64,000 bases of DNA, taken from an uncultured Gammaproteobacteria bacterium. GTDB lineage: Bacteria; Patescibacteriota; Patescibacteriia; UBA11705; JABHMO01. The DNA is taken from assembly GCA_964486065.1 (NCBI GenBank), contig CAZAKN010000001.1, positions 157,640-221,639 of the forward strand, read 5' to 3'. Below the pieces are notes generated by a model, which worked only from the letters and a program-made list of their open reading frames with translations, had not been told where the DNA came from and did not search any database. The translations under genes and the position numbers were made by a program. Of the stretch, positions 44,311 through 53,822 are shown piece after piece. The number at the start of each line of letters is the position of its first letter. Position 1 is the first letter of the stretch.

Positions 44311-47300
44311 TTACAAATCAAGATCATTGCAGTCAAACCCGTCAATGGTAACCGCGGCCTTGGTTTGGAAACCTTCCTGAATGGAATAGGGCGTTCCTCC
44401 ACCCAGTTCCACATTGGTCACATTGGTGACCATGCCGTTGTTTTCCGGCCAGGCCAGCCAATCCGTCTCATTGTGGCAATTGTATTCCAGCCACGGGGTT
44501 TCGGTATCTTCATGGTTGCCCCAGACACAGACATCCCGCAAGGAGACAGTCTTAGTGCCGGAGACTTCCGGATCCGAATCCCAGATGTTATCGCCCGTAC
44601 CGAGCTTACCCCATACCAAGTACAAAGTATTGTCGACTGGACAAGTAAAGTGGACGGTCAAGCATCCTTCATCGGTGCGACCGTCGCAGTCATTATCTTC
44701 TCCATCGCAGACTTCCACACCGGGATTAACCGGCGAACAAGCATACTCGCAACCGTTGCGGGGATTTTCGTCAACATCGTAATATCCGCTATTGCAGACA
44801 TCGGGCTGACAACTCCCCTCCTGACACGAGTAGTTCGCGACATTGAGGTACTGCAGATAGGAACAGCTGTTGCCACAGGCGCCACAATGGTTACGGTCAG
44901 TTTGAAGATCAAAGCCTTCATCAACCTCACCGTTACAATCATTGTCCACACCGTCGCAAGCTTCGGTTCCGCCGTTGGTCATGCCACAGGGACCGTATTC
45001 ACAGCCATCCTCGTCATTTCCATTGGCGTCGTAGTAACCGCTGACGCAACTGTTCACCCGACACACACCGCTAACACAACCGGTGGCGGAAGTGTTTTGT
45101 AGCAAAGTGTTGCAGTCATTACCGCAACCGCCACAATTGGCTTCATCCGTGGACTTATTAAAGGTCTCGTCCACCTGACCGTCGCAGTCATCGTCCAAAT
45201 CATTGCAGACTTCCGAGGTCAACGGCATAACCGCGTCCTCACAATCTCCCCAAGTAAAGCCATCCAGACAAACTTGAGTACCAAACTCGCAAATGCCTTG
45301 CTCATTGGCGGGTCCGCAATCACGAACCGCTCCGGCCTGACAAATACAGCCTTCATCCGTCGTCCCGTCGCAATCGTTGTCCACGCCGTCGCAACTTTCC
45401 ACGACCGACATGTCTTCCGATCTTCCGGGCATGGTGGAGCAGGCGTAATCATTCAGACCATCGCACTCAATCACACCAGGTCCGGCGCAAGCACCAAGAC
45501 CGTAACAAAGCGCGCCAACGAAATAATCTTCGTCGGTTTGTCCGTCAAGGTCGTTGTCCTTACCATCGCATAGTTCGGATGCGCCCGGATAAACCGAACT
45601 GTCATTGTCGACCGTATCTCCTTCGCAAATCCGAACTCCATCTTCATCGGAGTCGTTTTCGTTCACGGGAACGGAACCGTCGCAGTCGTCATCCAAACCG
45701 TTGCACAGCTCAGTGGCTTCCGGCATGATCGCATCGAGGCAATCACCCCAGGACATACCGTCCGGCGAACAAGTCTGCGTTCCAAAAACGCAAATCCCTT
45801 GTTCATTGGCGGATCCACAATCGCGAGTTTCGCCGGCTACGCAGGTACAACCTTCGTTCACCGAGCCATCGCAATCATCGTCCAAACTGTTACCACAGCT
45901 TTCCACGCCGGACATATCTTCCGATCCGCCGGGCATGGTGGAACAACGATAGGTGTTGAAAGTAGCGCACTCAATAGTGCCAGCTCCGCAAACACCGATA
46001 CCGTTACAGCTGGCACCGATAAAGAAGTCTTCATCCACCATCCCGTCGCAATCGTTGTCTTGGCCATCGCAGAGTTCCGCGTTACCGGGGAAATTATCCG
46101 GATCCAAGTCATCGCAATCATTATCGCAAACCTTGATTCCGTCTTCATCCTCATCCGCTTCCTCCGCGGGGATAACACCGTCGCAGTCATCATCCAAACC
46201 GTTGCAAGATTCCGCTTCGGCCGGTTCAACCGCTCCGACGCATTCCAACCACGATTTGCCGTCTTCGGCGCAGGTTTCCAAGCCATACTCGCAAGCTCCG
46301 ACATCGGTCGTACCGCATTGGCGAGTGACGCCTGCCACACAAACACACTCGGCATCGTTGATATCAACTAAGCCGTCGCAGTCATCGTCCAATCTGTTAC
46401 CACAAACTTCTTCGGAAGAAGCATCCGCGGAGCCACCGGGCATGGTATCGCACATTACGGTCGTCGTGGTGGCGCATTCCAATACGCCGACACCGCAAGC
46501 ACCCACGCCTTGGCAGGCATTACCGACACCGAACGACTCGTCCACCTGCTCATCGCAGTTGTTATCCAGTCCATCGCAGATTTCAAGCGACAAGGGATTG
46601 ATGGTGGCTTCAGCGTCATTGCAGTCTCCCGCGCAAACGCGAACACCATCTTCATCCTCATCCGCTTCTTCCGCGGGAACGGAACCGTCGCAGTCGTCGT
46701 CCAAACCGTTACAAAGCTCGGATTCTTCCGGCATGACCGCTCCGACACATTCACCCCAACCGTCTCCGGCCGGATTACAGGTTTGCACTCCGAACTCGCA
46801 AATGCCTTGATCCGTTTCCGGACCGCATGCGCGAGTGGAAGCCGGACGACAATTGCAATCATCATCGTTCAAATCAACGAGTCCATCGCAGTCATCATCC
46901 ATACCGTTATCGCAAACTTCCGTGGCGGAAGCATCAGCCGAACCGCCGGGCATGGTATTGCATTGCACGGAATTATCCGTAGCGCATTCCAAAGTCCCCG
47001 GCGTATCACCGCAAGCTCCGATTCCCACGCAAGCCGAGCCGACGAAATATCCTTCGTCCACCTGCTCATCGCAGTTGTTATCAATCCCATCGCAGAGTTC
47101 AAGCGACAAGGGGTTGATGGTGGCTTCAGCGTCATTGCAGTCTCCCGCGCAAACGCGAACACCGTCTTCATCCTCATCCGCTTCCTCCACGGGAATAACA
47201 CCGTCGCAGTCATCATCCAAGCCATTGCAAGATTCCGCTTCGGCCGGTTCAACCGCTCCGACACATTCCAGCCACGATTTGCCGTCTTCGGCGCAGGTTT

Positions 47301-49146
47301 CCACGCCATATTGACACTCACCGACATTGGTCGTGCCACATTGGCGGGTCTGCCCGGGGAAGCAAATGCAACCGTTGTTGACTACACCGTCGCAATCGTC
47401 GTCCAATTCATTGCCACAATCTTCGGCAATGGATTCATCAGCCGAACCTCCCGGTTCAGTGGAGCAACGCGTTTCGGTTTCACCGGCGCATTCCACCACC
47501 CCGACGCCACAAGCGCCGAGACCTTCGCAAGGCTCGCCAATCCCGAATCCCTCGTCAATCTGATCGTCGCAGTTATTATCCACGCCGTCACAGATTTCCA
47601 AGACATCGGGGTTGATGGTCGCCAAAGCGTCATCGCAATCACCTTCACAGATGCGGAAACCGTCTTCGTCCTCATCCGCTTCGTTGGCCGGGATTTGATC
47701 ATCACAATTGTTATCCAGCCCGTCGCAGATTTCCTCCGCTTCCGGATGGATCAACTTGTTCAGATCATTGCATTCCTCGCAAGCCAGAAATCCGTCTTGA
47801 TCAAGGTCAACTTCCGTTTCCAGCTTTTCGCCGTCACAGTTATTGTCCTTGCCGTCGCAAATTTCTTCGGCTTCCGGGAAAACAGCCGGATCCTGATCAT
47901 CGCAGTCTCCCGCGCAATTCAGGATGCCGTCCTCGTCTTGATCAACTTCATCCTCCGGCACTTGGCCGTCGCAGTCGTCGTCAAGACCATTGCATTCCTC
48001 GGCTTCCAAAGCCTGGCTTTCGGAGCCACCGGGCATGGTGGAGCAAATGACTTGCTCGGCATTGTCGGGATCGCATTCGTAAACGCCTTCACCGCAAATA
48101 CCTTGACCGGTGCAAACCTCTCCGACTTCATAGTCTTCGTCGGTTTCACCGTCGCAATCATTGTCCTTACCGTCGCACAGTTCAGCTTCGGCGGGCATAA
48201 CCGCGCCTTCACACTCACCCCATTCCCAAGTTTGATCCTCGGTTTGGAGGCAAGTCTGAATACCGAATTCGCATTCCCCTTCTGCAGTCTCGGGACCGCA
48301 ACGCCGAATATCATTCGGCTGACAAGTGCACTCTTCCTCGTCGGTTTCACCGTCGCAATCATTGTCGCGATCGTCCTCGCAAATCTCCGTCGGATTATCA
48401 GGATCGTCCACATAGCAGACATCCTCACCTTCCGGATATTCGCATCCGTCTTCCGGATCCAGATTGGCATCATGCTTACCACTTTCACAAGCGGTAATCT
48501 CGCACAAGCCTTCTTCGCAAACAAATTCTGCGACTTGCAGACCATCAAACTCAGCCTGACAGCTGTAGCCACATTCTCCGCAGTTTTCCGGATCCTCGGC
48601 CAGATTAAACTCTTCGTCAATCTCGCCATCGCAATCATTGTCCACGCCGTCACAGGTTTCCGTCTCCGGATCCACATTGCCTATGCAATTGGTCCATTGA
48701 CCCTGTTCATCGCAAACACGAAACCCCATTTTGCAAGGGGAAGTGTTTTCCGCGTCGGCGGAACCGCATTCCTCTCGCTCTCCGGGCGAACACTGTCCAT
48801 CCGGAATCACTTCGTCTTCATCACCATCCACCAAGTCGGCATAATCAAGCCAACCATCGTAGAGACAGTAACTGCCTCTACAACTGAAACCGGGTTCGGA
48901 ATAAACATCCAATCCCGCTCTCAGGCAATCTTGATCGGTTTCGCAACCGGTCACGATACAAGTTCCTGACAAGCAAGACGCCTGACTGATGGTACAGTCC
49001 GACGGCGTATCGCACTTCTCCGGGAAATTGACGAGTCCGGATTGATCTCCGTCCTCATCCGCTTTTTTCCCGCCGTTGCCGTCATCACATCCGGCGCCAT
49101 ACAGCGCGAAAAGCGTGATGAAAAAAATGGCCATCAATTGCTTCAT
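44311..49146 (-). CDS. Giant secreted Cys-rich repeat lipoprotein (about 1611 aa). It has about 20 MopE-like putative metal-binding repeats C.G.DNDCDG..DE interleaved with Cys-knot-like modules, and a distinct C-terminal domain. True start is ATG at 49146 (track ORF starts at an upstream TTG)
   Basis: Lipobox LYGAGC. Recurring CDG[VLK]DNDCDG..DE and C.G.G.C.G..EC motifs. RBS aaggagagaatcATG. Confidence 0.75.
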   Translation of the reverse strand: MKQLMAIFFITLFALYGAGCDDGNGGKKADEDGDQSGLVNFPEKCDTPSDCTISQASCLSGTCIVTGCETDQDCLRAGLDVYSEPGFSCRGSYCLYDGWLDYADLVDGDEDEVIPDGQCSPGEREECGSADAENTSPCKMGFRVCDEQGQWTNCIGNVDPETETCDGVDNDCDGEIDEEFNLAEDPENCGECGYSCQAEFDGLQVAEFVCEEGLCEITACESGKHDANLDPEDGCEYPEGEDVCYVDDPDNPTEICEDDRDNDCDGETDEEECTCQPNDIRRCGPETAEGECEFGIQTCLQTEDQTWEWGECEGAVMPAEAELCDGKDNDCDGETDEDYEVGEVCTGQGICGEGVYECDPDNAEQVICSTMPGGSESQALEAEECNGLDDDCDGQVPEDEVDQDEDGILNCAGDCDDQDPAVFPEAEEICDGKDNNCDGEKLETEVDLDQDGFLACEECNDLNKLIHPEAEEICDGLDNNCDDQIPANEADEDEDGFRICEGDCDDALATINPDVLEICDGVDNNCDDQIDEGFGIGEPCEGLGACGVGVVECAGETETRCSTEPGGSADESIAEDCGNELDDDCDGVVNNGCICFPGQTRQCGTTNVGECQYGVETCAEDGKSWLECVGAVEPAEAESCNGLDDDCDGVIPVEEADEDEDGVRVCAGDCNDAEATINPLSLELCDGIDNNCDEQVDEGYFVGSACVGIGACGDTPGTLECATDNSVQCNTMPGGSADASATEVCDNGMDDDCDGLVDLNDDDCNCRPASTRACGPETDQGICEFGVQTCNPAGDGWGECVGAVMPEESELCNGLDDDCDGSVPAEEADEDEDGVRVCAGDCNDAEATINPLSLEICDGLDNNCDEQVDESFGVGNACQGVGACGVGVLECATTTTVMCDTMPGGSADASSEEVCGNRLDDDCDGLVDINDAECVCVAGVTRQCGTTDVGACEYGLETCAEDGKSWLECVGAVEPAEAESCNGLDDDCDGVIPAEEADEDEDGIKVCDNDCDDLDPDNFPGNAELCDGQDNDCDGMVDEDFFIGASCNGIGVCGAGTIECATFNTYRCSTMPGGSEDMSGVESCGNSLDDDCDGSVNEGCTCVAGETRDCGSANEQGICVFGTQTCSPDGMSWGDCLDAIMPEATELCNGLDDDCDGSVPVNENDSDEDGVRICEGDTVDNDSSVYPGASELCDGKDNDLDGQTDEDYFVGALCYGLGACAGPGVIECDGLNDYACSTMPGRSEDMSVVESCDGVDNDCDGTTDEGCICQAGAVRDCGPANEQGICEFGTQVCLDGFTWGDCEDAVMPLTSEVCNDLDDDCDGQVDETFNKSTDEANCGGCGNDCNTLLQNTSATGCVSGVCRVNSCVSGYYDANGNDEDGCEYGPCGMTNGGTEACDGVDNDCNGEVDEGFDLQTDRNHCGACGNSCSYLQYLNVANYSCQEGSCQPDVCNSGYYDVDENPRNGCEYACSPVNPGVEVCDGEDNDCDGRTDEGCLTVHFTCPVDNTLYLVWGKLGTGDNIWDSDPEVSGTKTVSLRDVCVWGNHEDTETPWLEYNCHNETDWLAWPENNGMVTNVTNVELGGGTPYSIQEGFQTKAAVTIDGFDCNDLDL
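45420..48050. repeat. About 510-bp near-identical tandem DNA repeats (about 5-6 copies) inside the giant gene. Each unit encodes ...MPGGS(A/E)D.S...DDDCDG...C.YG.ETC...
   Basis: Long identical nt stretches, for example 46601-46700 vs 47121-47220. The MPGGS-encoding segment recurs at about 45430, 45935, 46440, 46950, 47455 and 48040. Confidence 0.75.
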
Positions 49147-49164
49147 GATTCTCTCCTTTGTTGT

Positions 49165-49181
49165 CCCCAAAAATTTTGGGG
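49165..49181 (-). promoter_or_regulatory. 5'-UTR palindrome CCCCAAAAATTTTGGGG immediately upstream of the RBS of the giant gene
   Basis: Near-perfect inverted repeat. A homologous CCCCCTAAATTTTGGGGGG sits in the same position in gene 53823-54857. Confidence 0.55.
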
Positions 49182-49342
49182 AGATTTAGGAAAACAGTAA
49201 AAGTAAACAAATTGTCAAACTTCACAAACTCTCATTCAAGGGGTTTTACAAATGAACAAATACTTTATTCATTCATAAAAATCCTTGAAGATCATACCTG
49301 CAACTTACCACGATTACTAATAAAAATAAATATTAAGACACA

Positions 49343-49388
49343 ATTTGCAGACATTTAATTTTAGCAAAAATAAGAACTTTTGTCAAGT
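49343..49388 (-). promoter_or_regulatory. Candidate promoter of the giant gene (minus strand TTGACA-17-TAAAAT), giving an about 195-nt 5'-UTR
   Basis: Plus strand tgtcaa at 49383-49388 and atttta at 49360-49365. Confidence 0.45.
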
Positions 49389-49417
49389 GTTGTTATTTAC
49401 ACATTTTTAGCTAATTT

Positions 49418-49450
49418 TAAATAAAAATTCCCCGAGACTGATAGTCTCGG
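49418..49450 (-). terminator. Terminator of gene 49463-51400 (ttccccgagact-gat-agtctcggggaa)
   Basis: 12-bp stem, A-run before on plus strand. Confidence 0.7.
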
Positions 49451-49462
49451 GGAATGATGAGT

Positions 49463-51400
49463 TTAAGGGGTTGGTAATTTTACCCAAATCCCTCTGTCAA
49501 CGCGGGGGTCATCAACGATTTCCTCCGCATTGACCCGGTCTCCATTGTCTTTTCGGTAAAATACCTCCTGAACATGGAAACCCGTCCTCTGGAAGTTGAA
49601 ATGGCTGGAGAAGTGTACTTCAACATACACCACTCCCCCCGAAACATCCTCCAAGTTGAGAGGAATCTGGAAGCTTTTCCCATCTTCCATAATAGGAATA
49701 CCGTCATACATAACAGCATCCCCATCTTGGTTAAAATGGGAAATCACGCCCCTGAGCATTCCTTCCGGAAGACCATCAGGAATATCTCTCATGACAACTC
49801 CGATATTTCCCGAAAGAGGGAAATTATCGGCGACGGGTTGCTCCTCCTCTGAGGCACCATCGTCACCATCGGAATCATCACCATCCTCGTCGTCTTCCTG
49901 CTCGTCGCCATCTGAGATATCGCCATCTTCTTGATCAACCACTTGCTGACAAGTGGTTTCCTCAAAAGTGGCAACAAATCCCAATCCGTGAACATGGTTG
50001 ATGTTTTCCACATCCACGGAAAGAGGACATTCTTCATGAACGAACATTACCTCTTGCAACTGAACGGCTTGAGGATCTGACCAGTTCTCTTGGTCATACA
50101 GCGCGTCAAACCAAATTCTTTTTTGGATAACGCGGCTAAGATCCAGCGACAAAGAGACACATCCGTCTCCATCCAATGCCAACCGGACTTCCTGTTCTCC
50201 ATTGTCAGAAATATATCTGACGGAGACATTATTACAGGAGTGCGGTCCACAGTGGCTCCAAACGGCGCAAATCGTGAGCTCTCCAGCTCCACTTTCATAA
50301 ACATCCTGTTCATCGCCGTCGGTATCGCCATCTTCATCATCGCCGTCCGTGTCGTCGTCTTCATCATCGCCGTCGGTGTCACCATCGGTATCGCCATCCA
50401 TGTCACCGTCTTCATCATCGCCGTCGGTATCACCATCGGTATCGCCATCCATGTCGCCATCTTCATCATCGCCGTCTTCTTGAGGCCGTTCACCTTCCAA
50501 GCAAACGCCTTGGTCACACCAGTAACCATTCCGGCAATCAAAGTCATCCTGACAAGTGGCGAGACATTCACCTTCCTCGCAGACTTCGTTGTCCGCGCAT
50601 AGGGATTTGAACTCGCAGAGATTTCCTTCTCCGCACCTTGCCTCATAGCAAGTACCGAGTTCCATCCCTTCCGGGGGAGTCAAGCACTCGTGATCGTATG
50701 TGCAGGACTGCTTTCCGGCACAACGACCGGTGTGCAGATCGCAATACTGGCTGTTCAGACAAGACTCGGGGATTTCCTCCCCCGTCTCATCCGTACATGG
50801 CGCGTACTGCAAACATGCACCCTCATCTCCACAGTAGAAACCGTGGAGGCAGTCCTCATAACTTCCACATGCATTTGCCTCTTCGCAAATGTTTTCCCTA
50901 CGGTCACACTGCTCCGTCAAGAAACAGTCAGTGTGCTCGCCACAACGACCTTCTTGCCATTGCGTCACGCATTCTTCATGAATGCATACATATTCCTGAC
51001 CTTCCTGCTCAGGCTCACCACAGTCGGAGGCTTCCTCGCACTCCGGCTCATACACGACACAAGTACCCATATAGCAGTACTTGCCCTCGGCGCAATCACG
51101 ATTACTGCGACAAGTTTCGTCGCCATCCGTGATGTCGTCGCCATCCGTGTCGCCGTCGGTCGGCTCATCCCCATCGGAGATGTCGCCGTCCGTGTCGCCG
51201 TCGGTCGTGGAAATCTGCTCAGCGCAGAATCCCGCACTCGTGCAGTACTGCCACCGCGCGCAATCGGCGTCGGTTTCGCACTGCGTTTCTTTGGCGTCCG
51301 AGGATTCTTCTTCCTCGGCTTTTTTCTTGTCGCCACAACCGGCAACAAAACCCGCGAAAGCCACCATCAGCATAAGCGCAAAAATCAGGTTCTTCTTCAT
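49463..51400 (-). CDS. Secreted Cys-rich, acidic DGD-repeat lipoprotein (645 aa), paralog of 51596-53677. Conserved C-terminal YVEVH...DDPRVDRG domain
   Basis: Lipobox FVAGCGD, (DGDTDGDDEDGDM)x2, Cys-rich module, RBS aaggagacagagtaATG. Confidence 0.7.
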   Translation of the reverse strand: MKKNLIFALMLMVAFAGFVAGCGDKKKAEEEESSDAKETQCETDADCARWQYCTSAGFCAEQISTTDGDTDGDISDGDEPTDGDTDGDDITDGDETCRSNRDCAEGKYCYMGTCVVYEPECEEASDCGEPEQEGQEYVCIHEECVTQWQEGRCGEHTDCFLTEQCDRRENICEEANACGSYEDCLHGFYCGDEGACLQYAPCTDETGEEIPESCLNSQYCDLHTGRCAGKQSCTYDHECLTPPEGMELGTCYEARCGEGNLCEFKSLCADNEVCEEGECLATCQDDFDCRNGYWCDQGVCLEGERPQEDGDDEDGDMDGDTDGDTDGDDEDGDMDGDTDGDTDGDDEDDDTDGDDEDGDTDGDEQDVYESGAGELTICAVWSHCGPHSCNNVSVRYISDNGEQEVRLALDGDGCVSLSLDLSRVIQKRIWFDALYDQENWSDPQAVQLQEVMFVHEECPLSVDVENINHVHGLGFVATFEETTCQQVVDQEDGDISDGDEQEDDEDGDDSDGDDGASEEEQPVADNFPLSGNIGVVMRDIPDGLPEGMLRGVISHFNQDGDAVMYDGIPIMEDGKSFQIPLNLEDVSGGVVYVEVHFSSHFNFQRTGFHVQEVFYRKDNGDRVNAEEIVDDPRVDRGIWVKLPTP

Positions 51401-51480
51401 TACTCTGTCTCCTTGCGGGCAACCATGCCCGCTGCTGTTAAGGTTTTTCCGAAATGAAATTTCTGAAAGAACGATATATT

Positions 51481-51509
51481 ATTCTATCAAATTTTGGCAT
51501 TTTTGTCAA
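51481..51509 (-). promoter_or_regulatory. Consensus-like promoter (minus strand TTGACA-17-TAGAAT) for gene 49463-51400
   Basis: Plus strand attcta...17 nt...tgtcaa. Confidence 0.55.
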
Positions 51510-51555
51510 TAGTACTTAGCAAAATTAGTGCATTTGGAAATTTTTGCCTAAATTT

Positions 51556-51580
51556 AAACAAAAACCCGTGCGTTTTACGC
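51556..51580 (-). terminator. Terminator of gene 51596-53677 (cccgtgcg-tttta-cgcacggg)
   Basis: 8-bp stem with flanking A/T runs. Confidence 0.7.
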
Positions 51581-51595
51581 ACGGGTTTGAATTAT

Positions 51596-53677
51596 CTAAT
51601 CAAACTCGCAATAGTCCCCTCTATCAACACGATCATCCAAGATCACTTCAGCTTGAATAGTTTCTCCATTCTGCAAGCCATAAATGACCTTAATCGGAGC
51701 TATGCCCGAAGGATTGAAGTTCCAATTTGGAGTGGAGTGTATTTGCACATACACCACACTGCTTAACGCTTGCTCCAAATCCAAATCATGTGAAAAACAC
51801 TTACCGTTGATCGGGATATTGTCATGAATGACAGAATGACCATCCATGTCAAAGTAAGAAAAATATCCCTTCCATCCTTCTTCGTTAATCGGATAACACG
51901 CGATAAGCGTATTCGGAGGAGCGCTCATGGGAAGGTGCTGATCTTCATCGCCGTCTTCAGCGATATCTTCGTCGCCATCCGGCTCCACAGGCTCATGGCA
52001 AGTGAAATCTTCAAACTCCAGAACATAGCCCCATTCGTCCCAAGAATACCGGACATCTTCCGGCGGAACGACAATAACGCAGTCTTCCATACGATATTCA
52101 GCCGACACGATGGTCGGTTTGGGCCAAATCCAGTTGTTCCCCGTATGCGCGTCAAATCTGAAACGCGCATTCCACACATCATCCAAATCCACTTGATGAG
52201 CAAAACAATTTCCTTGTGTCGGAATATCCAACTCCTGTAGCCCCCCCTCATACAAAGTATAAATCAAGGAAACTTGTTCATATTGCGAAAACCTTTCAGA
52301 GGCACAAACACGCAAAACACCATCTTCCCAATCATCGTCTTCAACGAGATCTTCGTCACCATCAACGGTGATATCCTCATCTCCATCTTCAGCGATATCT
52401 TCGTCGCCATCCGGTTCCGGCTCAGGCAAACACTCGCCTTCCTCGCAACCGTAATAGCATGGTTGACTCTCAACCCAACATACACCTTCGACACAATTAG
52501 GCATGTGATGAACCAACATAGCCTCTTGTGAACCGTCGGAGGATGGGACACAGATCCAACTCTCAATGCAGTCCTGATCCGACATGCATTCTGGTTGCGA
52601 ATTGCAAGCTCCGTTGGAGCAACCGAACTCACAAATTTCTATTAGAATGTTGCAGTAATGATCCTCTTGAACACAGACACCGGACGGGTATACCCGAACA
52701 TTTCCTGTCAAACACTCGGCAGGCAAATTTGTTTCCGAGCAATCGTTGTCGGTTTCACAATAATGCCAATCCGCACGATCAGCCCTTACACACCGACCGT
52801 CCTGACAGACATCACCGGTTGACGGATCACCGTCCACACAATCCACATCTATCTCGCACTCGTTGCCGGGAACGCATTCACCATTCTCGCAAATCTCACC
52901 GTCATCACAGTGGTTACGATATTCACAAACAAGATCAGCACAACGATAATCATAACAAGTACCGTAATCCAATCCTTCCGGCAACTCGCTACAATCATTA
53001 TCACTTTCACAAGCGGAAAGTTTTTCGCAACGACCGGTTTCCTGATTACAATATTGCCCGTTAAAGCAGGCTTCCGCGATTTCCACTCCGTCTTCATTAA
53101 CACAAACATTGTATTGTTTGCATTGATTGACTTCCTGGTCGCAAAAATAACCCTCTCTGCAATCAAGATTTTCCTCGCACTCTCGGGCCGATTCGCAAAA
53201 TCCTTGGCGGTTGCATTCTTCGTACGGGAGGCAATCCACATTATTGTGGCATTCACCCGAACCTTCCATGCATTGGCAATCAACGCAATTCAAGTCTTCT
53301 CTGCAATCCTCCGCGGAGCGGCACTCACATTCAGTGCAACGACTCGCGATACAAAGCTCTCCTGTTTTGCATTGGAAATCATAGCGACAATACCCTTGAC
53401 GATTGCTCGGTTCGGGGTCATCACCGTCTTCCACTTGTTCGTCACCATCAGGGCTGATTTCCGCGTCCAGATCACCGTCCACTTGTTCACTCTCCGTCTC
53501 CGGTACGCAGAAACCATCCGCGCAAAAGAATCCATCATCACATTGCTCATCGGACGAGCAGAGACTGATGGTGAACTCTTCGTCACCATCCAAGATTTCA
53601 CTTTTTTTTCCATCCTCACCGCAACCGGCGAAATAGATGGCAAAAAGCAACAGGACAACAAACTTAAACTGTTTCAT
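51596..53677 (-). CDS. Secreted Cys-rich, acidic repeat lipoprotein (693 aa), paralog of 49463-51400. It carries a duplicated EPDGDEDIAEDGDED segment and the same C-terminal domain
   Basis: Lipobox FAGCGEDG, collinear Cys pattern with the previous gene, C-terminal YVQIH..DDRVDRG. Confidence 0.7.
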   Translation of the reverse strand: MKQFKFVVLLLFAIYFAGCGEDGKKSEILDGDEEFTISLCSSDEQCDDGFFCADGFCVPETESEQVDGDLDAEISPDGDEQVEDGDDPEPSNRQGYCRYDFQCKTGELCIASRCTECECRSAEDCREDLNCVDCQCMEGSGECHNNVDCLPYEECNRQGFCESARECEENLDCREGYFCDQEVNQCKQYNVCVNEDGVEIAEACFNGQYCNQETGRCEKLSACESDNDCSELPEGLDYGTCYDYRCADLVCEYRNHCDDGEICENGECVPGNECEIDVDCVDGDPSTGDVCQDGRCVRADRADWHYCETDNDCSETNLPAECLTGNVRVYPSGVCVQEDHYCNILIEICEFGCSNGACNSQPECMSDQDCIESWICVPSSDGSQEAMLVHHMPNCVEGVCWVESQPCYYGCEEGECLPEPEPDGDEDIAEDGDEDITVDGDEDLVEDDDWEDGVLRVCASERFSQYEQVSLIYTLYEGGLQELDIPTQGNCFAHQVDLDDVWNARFRFDAHTGNNWIWPKPTIVSAEYRMEDCVIVVPPEDVRYSWDEWGYVLEFEDFTCHEPVEPDGDEDIAEDGDEDQHLPMSAPPNTLIACYPINEEGWKGYFSYFDMDGHSVIHDNIPINGKCFSHDLDLEQALSSVVYVQIHSTPNWNFNPSGIAPIKVIYGLQNGETIQAEVILDDRVDRGDYCEFD

Positions 53678-53794
53678 GATATTCTCCTTTTTTTTGATTG
53701 TTTAAAGGAACAAACTAACATTATACTGTAACAAATTTTTAATCTTTTGGCAAGTGCCAAAGGTGATTAATTAAAACACAATAATTAAAAAACC

Positions 53795-53821
53795 ATGCGG
53801 TCAGACCGCATGGTTTGTTTT
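53795..53821. terminator. Bidirectional terminator (ccatgcggtc-aga-ccgcatgg)
   Basis: 9-bp stem flanked by A5 and T7. Confidence 0.7.
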
Positions 53822-53822
53822 T

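Noticed and set aside
46510-48969. 819-aa plus-strand ORF plus many other long plus-strand ORFs (44278-45102, 45953-46810, 50690-51457, 52910-53731, 53955-54902, etc.)
   Set aside because: Antisense reading frames of the GC-rich, repeat-rich minus-strand genes. Ser/Pro/Thr-rich low-complexity translations. No RBS.
44311-49170. Upstream TTG start (MGTTKERIM...) suggested by ORF track for the giant gene and for 53823-54884
   Set aside because: The in-frame ATG preceded by AAGGAGAGAAT RBS (49146 and 54857) gives a proper lipoprotein signal peptide. The extra codons overlap the conserved palindrome.
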